From: Candidatus Saccharimonadota bacterium
Lineage (GTDB): Bacteria > Patescibacteriota > Saccharimonadia > Saccharimonadales > UBA4665
DNA length: 32,000 bases
Direction of reading: 5' to 3'
NCBI GenBank assembly: GCA_016699935.1
Contig: CP064992.1
Location: forward strand, 930,001-962,000
Part shown: positions 18,699 through 25,360 of the stretch, in pieces
Numbering within the stretch: position 1 is the stretch's first letter
Layout: each line of letters opens with the position of its first letter
Notes under the pieces: model-generated
Databases searched by the model: none
Seen by the model: the letters and a program-made list of their open reading frames with translations, nothing else
Told to the model about the DNA's origin: nothing
Position numbers and translations under genes: made by a program

Positions 18699-19064
18699 CT
18701 ATTCACCGTCTTTGGCGCGTTGGACAATAATCTTAGTCGCAATCATCGCCATTAAGGCTATAGGGATGGCTGAGTCTAGCTGGTGTCTAAGGCTTTGAAT
18801 GATTAAGGCAGTTATAAGTACAAGCGCACCGACAAAATAGGCTGAACGACTAGCAAGTGCTTGGTTTTGCATTTCGCGCTCGTCTTCGGGTTGTTCGCGC
18901 CACAGTAGTACCAAAAATGTAGCAATCAGCCCCAGCACGACTGCCAGTATCAGCATTTGCAAGCTCGAAGGCATGACAAAGGTTTTTGGAGCGATGGCTA
19001 GTAGCGTGATGACGGCTAGGCCGAGTAGCAGCACGACGTCGAGTAATTGTTTATATTTTTTCAT
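18699..19064 (-). CDS. small membrane protein (4 TM) co-transcribed with the XRE regulator
   Basis: Intact 121-aa ORF whose start overlaps the 3' end of 19051..19275. Confidence 0.5.
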   Translation of the reverse strand: MKKYKQLLDVVLLLGLAVITLLAIAPKTFVMPSSLQMLILAVVLGLIATFLVLLWREQPEDEREMQNQALASRSAYFVGALVLITALIIQSLRHQLDSAIPIALMAMIATKIIVQRAKDGE

Positions 19065-19275
19065 AACGAAATATCTCCTCCACCTTACGCCCTAGTATAG
19101 CGGCAATTCGCAGTGCAAGCAGCACACTTGGCACGTAATTGCCTTTTTCTATGGCGATAATAGTTTGACGCGTCGCTTGGACCTTTTCGGCCAGGTCATC
19201 TTGGGTAATCTTAAGAGCGATCCGTGTCTCACGTACCTTATTCACCACTGTATGTTCTTTGTCTCGTATAAACAT
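19051..19275 (-). CDS. XRE/Cro-type HTH transcriptional regulator
   Basis: Intact 74-aa ORF: LKITQDDLAEKVQATRQTIIAIEKGNYVPSVLLALRIAAIL. Confidence 0.8.
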   Translation of the reverse strand: MFIRDKEHTVVNKVRETRIALKITQDDLAEKVQATRQTIIAIEKGNYVPSVLLALRIAAILGRKVEEIFRYEKI

Positions 19276-19367
19276 AATGTAAGCTCAACCGTACATATTG
19301 TAACACAATCAAGATTAAAGTGGAATAAAATGAAACCTGATTCTCAAAACTGTTTCTCATGTACTTT

Positions 19368-19432
19368 TGTCATTCCCGCGAAGGCGGGAATCCATTCCAT
19401 TTATCTGGATCCCAGCCTTCGCTGGGATGACA
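19368..19432. repeat. 65-bp palindromic mini-element with TGTCAT...ATGACA termini
   Basis: TGTCATTCCCGCGAAGGCGGGAATCC...GGATCCCAGCCTTCGCTGGGATGACA. It holds two perfect hairpins (ATTCCCGC/GCGGGAAT and TCCCAGC/GCTGGGA). A related element lies at 31764-31862. Confidence 0.7.
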
Positions 19433-19444
19433 TCGTGGGGTTTT

Positions 19445-19613
19445 GAGGCTCAGGTAATGACAGTCCTCTTACAGATGATTAAACTCAAGAATACGTTTGG
19501 GATGGGGTAAAAGATAGGGGTGGGTTTAACCGCATTTTTCTAATATTGTCTGCTGGGTCGGCTGCGCCTCTTTCATAAAACCATGCTCGTAGTAAGCTCC
19601 TGCTCGTGGTTTT
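19445..19613 (+). repeat. G-run repeat, copy C4 (left arm + core + long right arm)
   Basis: ...ATGACAGTCCTCTTACAGATGATTAAACTCAAGAATACGTTTGGGATGGGGTAAAAGATAGGGGTGGGTTTAACCGCATTT...CTGCTGGGTCGGCTGCGCCTCTT...CATGCTCG. Confidence 0.85.
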
Positions 19614-19677
19614 ATTTCAGTTGCACCAGAATACCTGTGACATCTGGCTCTAGAACCCAACAGCCAAAACCAAACAA

Positions 19678-19702
19678 AAAACCCCTCCTATACGAGGGTT
19701 TT
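19678..19702 (-). terminator. rho-independent terminator downstream of the DUF2075 gene
   Basis: On the minus strand: AAAACCCTC-GTATAG-GAGGGGTTTT followed by TTGTTTGGTTTTGG. Confidence 0.65.
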
Positions 19703-19789
19703 GTATTTAGCTCAGCTTGTTGGTCGCGGATGATTAACAGGTCAAAATCCTACGAACGGTACTGAAAGTTATTTTGTCCAATACTCGTA

Positions 19790-21749
19790 TCAATAACCAG
19801 TGTCTCTTGATTGTCCAACTAGCTCTTCTATTCCAATAGATTTGAAGTAATTAAATGTAGAGTCATAAAACTCTTGTTTCCTCGTTGCATCAGGGGATAA
19901 TTACCGTTCGGCAAGAAAATAATCATACCTTGTCTAGCCCTTGTTAAGAGCACGATAAGCATTTTTGCTTCTTGTTGATTTGATATGTTATTTTGCCATA
20001 TTATGCCTTTGAGCTGGTACTTTTTGAATTAAAATATTGCCAATCAGCTACATTAAAACGCATGTCAGCGTCCCAGCAAACTAGTGAATAATCAAGCTCT
20101 AACCCTGGCATACAAACTCCGAGGCTGCATCCTCTAAGAAATATGAGCTTTTGTTGTTTTCTTTTTCGCCTAAGAAATAGTGGACTTCGTTAATACCCTT
20201 ATTGCTATCTATGGCAAATGGTATCAGTCTTTGCGCTCTACTGGTGGCTAGCATTCCTGGACGCTCTGTACCTTTTTGTTTGTTTTCTTATCCAATCTTT
20301 AGCAATTTTTAGATCGCGAGTTATTTTTATTGGATATGCGTCTTCTAGCTCTTATAGATATTAGCCGCAGAGGCGTCGATATCTAGCAGCGCTTTTACAA
20401 AAATTAGACAATTTTCAGCTCTAAATGAACGCATGGAAGTCGCTAGATGGAGTTCGTGATATTTTTGTGCATTATTTGGCACATTCGAAACATTATATTC
20501 AGAATCGACTAAGTTCGGCGATATTGCAATTTGCCAGTCCGCCGGGACAGCATCAACCCATGCACTAATGCCAGCTTCGCCTTTTTTTTGAGCTCTTGTC
20601 CACCGCCAACAAGGCAGACTATACACGCCCAATCTTTGTGTCTATCCAGGGTATGAATTAAAAACCAGATTCAGATTCGCCATGAACCCACTGCCTTTTC
20701 TTTCTATTCATCCAATTTGTGATAGTATTACCATCCCAGGCTCTCTGAGCTTCATCAAAGATTGCCACATGTTCGCTGGGTGGATTTTCGTCATTAATGT
20801 ACTCATCGCGATAGTGGTGAACTATTTGTATAAACGATTTAACTTTATTTCTGGCATAACCTATCCGAATACCATTTTTGTCCTTCTCGTCTCTCGCCAG
20901 CGCTTCAGTCAGTACGTTTACAAGTGGCCCGTTGCCAGACAATAGTACGGCATGATCTTCTGAATTTGAGTCTCTTTTTGGGTTGCTATATTTAATCCAA
21001 CAAGAGTTTTCCGGCTCCAGGAACGCCTGTAACAAAAATAATTGTCTTTTTGTTGTTTTGCATTTGCAGTCATCAATTATTTCATTTATTTTCTTGCACG
21101 TTGTAGTTATGTTGTCACCTGCCTCGCTTCGAGTGATGTCTTCAACGCTGTGGCCTGAATACAATTCTCTTGCTGCTTCGATTATTGTCGGAGTCGGTTT
21201 GTACGGTGACTCTTCCCATCCTTCAGCTCCGTTACCGGTCAAATATTCAATAGATCCCACATAATCTTTTAAATGAATACTGCCCAAACAGTCAGCGCCT
21301 TCAATATTTCGTGGCTCACCCCTATATTCTGATACTACTAATGCCGGGAATATATCGGCTTTATGTGAACCTAAATGAAAATTTTTTAGCTCAAGCATAT
21401 AGTCAATTACTTGGTCTATGTCTTTAGCTATAAATTTATTTTGTCCAATTTTAAATTCTAATAAAACAATGTGCGGACTATCAGAATGTATTAACAAAAT
21501 TACGTCTATTCTCCTCCCCATACGAGGAATAACAAATTCTAAAAAAATAGTGGCATTATCAATATCGCATAGTTGGTCTTTTAGGATTTCAATTTCGGAA
21601 CGCCACGTTTCAAATTGTGGTTGCTCGACATTAAATCCATCGCGAATACTGCCCTGTGATAATTGGCCAATAATAGAATCATTGTTTTGTTGAAGAAAAT
21701 CAGCTACTGATGATTTGTACCAACTTGCATTTAAGAGCCTTGTGGCCAC
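19790..21749 (-). CDS. DUF2075-type protein (N-terminal PD-ExK-like nuclease module + P-loop ATPase/helicase-like domain), many frameshifts in the C-terminal two thirds
   Basis: ORF 20658..21749 has [25 protein letters not shown] and [16 protein letters not shown] 20345..20632 and shifted fragments down to 19790 continue it ([52 protein letters not shown]). The true start may be ATG 21761 (MSKK) if the A5 run is A6. Confidence 0.65.
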
Positions 21750-21826
21750 TTTTTACTCATAAACACATTCTACTATAGATCGTTTAATATTTGGTAAATC
21801 AGGTCATGGAGCTCTGCTGGGGCTAT

Positions 21827-21965
21827 GAGGACAGTTCTCTAACACATTAAGAAAATGTGAATACGTTTGGGATGGGGAGAAAGACAGGGGTGGGTTTAAC
21901 CGCATTTGGCAAGTTTCGGCTGCTGGGACGGCTACGCCTCTTCCGCTGCGGCATGCTCGTTAACC
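21827..21965 (+). repeat. G-run repeat, copy C5 (left arm + core + right arm)
   Basis: GAGGACAGTTCTCTAACACATTAAGAAAATGTGAATACGTTTGGGATGGGGAGAAAGACAGGGGTGGGTTTAACCGCATTTGG...GCTGCTGGGACGGCTACGCCTCTT...CATGCTCG. Confidence 0.85.
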
Positions 21966-22086
21966 TTTGGCTACCTGCGCGTGCCCACGCTACACCGCAG
22001 CACTTTCGCTCCGCAAAAGAACTAGTTCTCTCGCCATGCAGGCGAAAACAAATAGAGGAAGTTATAACTAAAAAAAGAAGACCTAG

Positions 22087-22557
22087 TTATAAATTAATAT
22101 CTCTCTTATGTGTCAATTCTACTAGCCTGTCTATATAAACTCGTTTCCAATACCACATTGAAACCCAGCCAAATAGAGGTTTAGCAATAACACGAAGCAT
22201 GATGTTTGATTTCGAGAGATCATATTCATAAGAATATGTGATCTTTGTACCTTCTTTCGCATCTTTCATTAAAAATTCTTCATGTCCAGTCGCGTTGAAT
22301 GTATGATTTGTGTTTTCTGAAATATAGCCTTTTCCAGGAACAAGAGTTGTCTGCATAGTTACTGGTATCGGAGGAATCCCAAGGGATTTAGCTTCTGCAT
22401 GGATTAATAGGTTGTTACCCTCTCTTTTAACAATCTTTACTGAATGAGCTACTTTTGGGAAATTTTTAGGCATATTTTCAAAATCAGTAGTAATCTTATA
22501 CAGAGATTCCCTCGGGGCATTAACTATCCATGAGGCTTTGAGGTGTATTTTATTCAT
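22087..22557 (-). CDS. SRPBCC (START/polyketide-cyclase-like) family protein
   Basis: Intact 156-aa ORF: ASWIVNAPRESLYKITTDFENMPKNFPKV... The alternating beta pattern is typical of the family. The gene is AT-rich. Confidence 0.6.
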   Translation of the reverse strand: MNKIHLKASWIVNAPRESLYKITTDFENMPKNFPKVAHSVKIVKREGNNLLIHAEAKSLGIPPIPVTMQTTLVPGKGYISENTNHTFNATGHEEFLMKDAKEGTKITYSYEYDLSKSNIMLRVIAKPLFGWVSMWYWKRVYIDRLVELTHKRDINL

Positions 22558-22650
22558 ATATCTCTTCGATTATCTCACAGAATATATGAATAATCCTTAG
22601 CAAATTCGGCGACTGGCATTATCGGTTTCAATTCCACTCTGGGTATACAA

Positions 22651-22682
22651 AAAGTCAGAACCATTTTCACAGTTCTGACTTT
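22651..22682 (-). terminator. bidirectional hairpin terminator (inside ~90-bp repeat 22615-22703)
   Basis: AAAGTCAGAAC-10 nt-GTTCTGACTTT with T-runs on both strands. The same hairpin and flanks recur at 24010-24099. Confidence 0.65.
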
Positions 22683-22782
22683 GTCTTTTACGGCTTGGCT
22701 CACAACGATAAAGGCAGTTATAGGCATGATTAAGCAAGACATTGCTTATGAAATGTAGGAATTATAGTAATTATCCTAATTT

Positions 22783-23967
22783 TCAAATTCTTATAAATTC
22801 TAAACCAGCTGCCTCTAATATTGGTAATGTCGAGAGTGGGTTAGTACGAAATTCTGCATGTATATCAGCCAGTCTATCGATAAGATCTTGCCTTCGAGCT
22901 GTTTTCATGACTGTAATCCATGCCGCCATGAAGTTTGCTCTATCCTTTGGAATAATCCCATGTTCAACAGCATTATCTATCGGTTCCCACAACATTCCTT
23001 CTAAAACTAATTGTGCAGAGTATTTAGCAACTTTTTCATCGGTAATACCAAACGGATGCGAAGAGAAAAACTGATCAAGAACAGTGCCAGAGTAAGATAA
23101 GTGCCCCAGCACATCTGCTTTACCTGCGAAAACTCTAAGTGCTTCAATCCCTAGGTTTCTGTAAATATGAACCATTGTATGATGTCCAGTACCGTAAACA
23201 ATATTTACTGGTAAGCGTCCGTCATCAGTATTAATTCTTGCTCGTTGAGCTAGGGCACGTACTTTATCGGAGTTTTCTGTTCCAAAACTTGAAGATCCTT
23301 CCTCGACTGCATCTATTTGTTCAAGCGTTTCCAGAACCTGTTTAGTACTTGTAAGCTCTCTGACGGCGTTAGAGTACATTACGAGACGGCCTTTTTGACC
23401 TTGTTCTTCTAACAATTGACCTAGTTCTTTTTGGCGTAATTCTCGTCCAGGAATTGACCTATTCAAGAATTGCTGATCGTAATCGTTACCCATAAGTGCA
23501 TCTAATAACCTACGAGAGTAGTGTCTAATATCAACAGGAGCAATTAGACTGCTTCTCGCCAACAAGCCTCGATCACGCCAATACCCGAAATCCTCTCTGG
23601 GTTGTGGTGGTAGATAAAATGGCATTCTTGGTGGTTGTACATTGAACTGCATATCAAATGCATTGCCTACCGAGTATCCGAACAATTTACTGTCTGCAAT
23701 CTCAGCATCACCTGCATTTTCAACAAAGGAAATGAATGGAGAGCCGCCAGCTTCAATTGATTGAGCTGCGTTTATTGAATTGCCGTGTGCATTAAAAACA
23801 AACAATAAATGATAGCGTGCGTTAATTGTAATAACACGTTCAGGACTAGCTAGAACGGTTACTTGATCATGAAGCTGTTCGGCAGCTGATTGAAACGCGT
23901 TGACACGATCTTCAGGATTTAGATCCTCTCGAAATAAACGAAGAATATCTTTAGGGGTATTTGACAT
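22783..23967 (-). CDS. hypothetical 394-aa protein, family not recognised
   Basis: Intact ORF 22783..24048. I prefer Met 23967 (MSNTPKDILRLF) because the upstream 27 codons lie inside the terminator repeat. Weak reminders of Tiki/TraB-type motifs (FVFNAHGNS, IVYGTGHHTMVH), speculative only. Confidence 0.5.
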   Translation of the reverse strand: MSNTPKDILRLFREDLNPEDRVNAFQSAAEQLHDQVTVLASPERVITINARYHLLFVFNAHGNSINAAQSIEAGGSPFISFVENAGDAEIADSKLFGYSVGNAFDMQFNVQPPRMPFYLPPQPREDFGYWRDRGLLARSSLIAPVDIRHYSRRLLDALMGNDYDQQFLNRSIPGRELRQKELGQLLEEQGQKGRLVMYSNAVRELTSTKQVLETLEQIDAVEEGSSSFGTENSDKVRALAQRARINTDDGRLPVNIVYGTGHHTMVHIYRNLGIEALRVFAGKADVLGHLSYSGTVLDQFFSSHPFGITDEKVAKYSAQLVLEGMLWEPIDNAVEHGIIPKDRANFMAAWITVMKTARRQDLIDRLADIHAEFRTNPLSTLPILEAAGLEFIRI

Positions 23968-24047
23968 TCTTATAAAATAACTCAATTTATTTGTAGATAG
24001 CAAGCATATGCATAATCGTTCGGTTTCAATTCTATCTTTGTTATACA

Positions 24048-24078
24048 AAAGTCAGAACCAAAATTCAGTTCTGACTTT
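24048..24078 (-). terminator. hairpin terminator, second copy of the 22651-22682 element
   Basis: AAAGTCAGAAC-9 nt-GTTCTGACTTT. The flanks GCATAATCG..GGTTTCAATTC and GCTTGGCTC are shared with the first copy. Confidence 0.6.
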
Positions 24079-24178
24079 ATCTGCTCCAGCTTGGCTCCCC
24101 TAGTAGACGCATTGCGAACTAAGCACTACTCACCCATCATCAAAATGGCTAATGAATTTAAGCTTTGTTTCGACTCTC

Positions 24179-24547
24179 TCACACCTGATTCTGTCTAAGG
24201 GCTGCGTCCATGAGAGCCTGCATGAATAAAGATTCTCTGATAGCACCTGCTGTCTCTTCGGTTGCATCCGGACGGATATCAGTCTGCAGATGCGCGCCAC
24301 CGTATTCAGGAAAAACTGTAGATAAGTGAAAGTTACCACGCGTATCTCTTGCTAGAGTTTGATAGGCTAGACGATCTTTAATCAATCCGTGTACTAATAG
24401 CTTTTGAGTAGTATTTGGGTCTCCTGTTGCTAAGCCGACCCCGCTGTAGCACCGCTCCTCCTCAGTTAAGGCTGGATTATCTCCTAAAAAGGCACCGTGT
24501 AAGTGCTCTGTCAATCGGTAGATAGGTGAAACCGTGTACATAAACAT
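24179..24547 (-). CDS. hypothetical 122-aa protein
   Basis: Intact ORF with no recognised motif. It starts directly against the tRNA-derived repeat unit a. Confidence 0.4.
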   Translation of the reverse strand: MFMYTVSPIYRLTEHLHGAFLGDNPALTEEERCYSGVGLATGDPNTTQKLLVHGLIKDRLAYQTLARDTRGNFHLSTVFPEYGGAHLQTDIRPDATEETAGAIRESLFMQALMDAALRQNQV

Positions 24548-24581
24548 TAAGAAACCATACTATATGGAATTTGTAAATACG

Positions 24582-24674
24582 TGGCTCCGGGGACTGGATA
24601 GCGCTTCGCTATACCGTCGCTCCAGTGCTCGAAGCAAGCTTCTGTGCTATTCACTCCTTACGAACCAGCATCCT
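24582..24674 (-). repeat. tRNA-Asn-derived pseudo-unit a
   Basis: TGGCTCCGGGGACTGG (24582-24597) equals tRNA 24937-24952. CGAACCAGCATCCT (24661-24674) matches tRNA 24956-24969 at 12/14. The two blocks are separated by 63 nt instead of the 3 nt that separate 24952 and 24956 in the tRNA. Confidence 0.8.
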
Positions 24675-24764
24675 ACGCACGACTATGTCGTGCTGGTCAC
24701 TGGTCCAAAGCCAGTCTCAGGGTAAATAAAAATGACCAGACATGAATGCCTGATCATATTTATT

Positions 24765-24853
24765 TGGCTCCGGGGACTGGGTGACATCGTTTTCGGTCAC
24801 TGTGCTCGGAACAAGCCCCTGTGCGCAGTTCCTGCCAACCGAACCGGCGACCT
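24765..24853 (-). repeat. tRNA-Asn-derived pseudo-unit b
   Basis: TGGCTCCGGGGACTGGG (24765-24781) equals tRNA 24937-24953. CGAACCGGCGACCT (24840-24853) matches at 13/14. The blocks are separated by 58 nt, and that insert is ~70% similar to the unit a insert. Confidence 0.8.
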
Positions 24854-24909
24854 CGCTCATTACATTCGCTGATCTCTAGTTCAAACTCAATCTCGATAGC
24901 CAAATTAAA

Positions 24910-24929
24910 ACCGCCTCTTTTGAGACGGT
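24910..24929 (-). terminator. hairpin + T-run just 3' of tRNA-Asn
   Basis: On the minus strand: ACCGTCTC-AAAA-GAGGCGGT (7 of 8 pairs) followed by TTTAATTT. Confidence 0.5.
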
Positions 24930-24936
24930 CATAATT

Positions 24937-25011
24937 TGGCTCCGGGGACTGGGCTCGAACCAGCGACCTAGTCGTTAACAGCGACCCGCTCTACCACTGA
25001 GCTACCCCGGA
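24937..25011 (-). tRNA. tRNA-Asn (anticodon GTT), CCA encoded
   Basis: Reverse complement: TCCGGGG TA GCTC AGTGGTA GAGC G GGTCG CTGTTAA CGACT AGGTC GCTGG TTCGAGC CCAGT CCCCGGA G CCA. This folds as a 75-nt cloverleaf by hand, with two G-U pairs. Confidence 0.9.
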
Positions 25012-25176
25012 ATATGTTGTTTATGAACGTTCGCCCATTGCCACTCTTCAGCTGTTTTTTTTTGCTTGAGAGCTACAGGGCGTGCAGTAACTGATTTGGC
25101 ATATCATTTTCAGTCACCTTCGAGCATTTGCCGTTAACCTCATCTATTGTACATAAACTCCCATATAAAACAAAGT

Positions 25177-25234
25177 GCTCCGATACCCTTCCGCCGGTGC
25201 TTGAAGCACCATAACCAGGGAACAATATCGGAGC
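25177..25234. other. three-tier extended hairpin of unknown function
   Basis: GCTCCGATA/TATCGGAGC (9 bp), CCCT/AGGG (4 bp), GGTGC/GCACC (5 bp, loop TTGAA). It lies between the surface-protein stop and the tRNA-Asn promoter region. Confidence 0.4.
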
Positions 25235-25360
25235 GATGTAGATATAAGGTACTTACTCCTTTGCAGGAGATACAAGTAGTATCATACCGGGTTCACGGAC
25301 GCGTGTAAAGCCCAAAACTGATAGTTTATCCACAATGCAGCGATAAATATCACAAACTTA

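Noticed and set aside
497-21965. The G-run repeats could be a CRISPR array or the 3' end of another tRNA (att site).
   Set aside because: Copies are 2-11 kb apart with genes in between, so this is not an array. By hand, the core cannot be folded into an acceptor plus T-arm, because no TTCRA loop is flanked by a 5-bp stem.
21857-22138. ORFs 21857..22138, 11472..11666, 11572..11763 and 19165..19446 as small proteins.
   Set aside because: Each is a read-through of a repeat copy (G-run repeat or TGTCAT palindromic element). The shared peptide similarity comes from the DNA repeat, not from a protein family.
22615-24099. The repeated hairpin spacers could be integron attC sites.
   Set aside because: There are no RYYYAAC/GTTRRRY core sites, no extrahelical-base architecture and no intI gene. 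The hairpin with T-runs on both strands is better explained as a bidirectional terminator.
24582-24936. The tRNA-like units near smpB could be tmRNA (ssrA).
   Set aside because: There is no 5' GGGG acceptor strand with a G-U pair, no tag reading frame and no pseudoknot-like segments. The acceptor 3' strand is identical to that of tRNA-Asn. They are tRNA-Asn-derived fragments.
25177-25234. The three-tier hairpin could be a small SRP (4.5S) RNA.
   Set aside because: The conserved helix-8 features (GNRA-closed apex with the AGCA/GGAA asymmetric loop) are not present on either strand.
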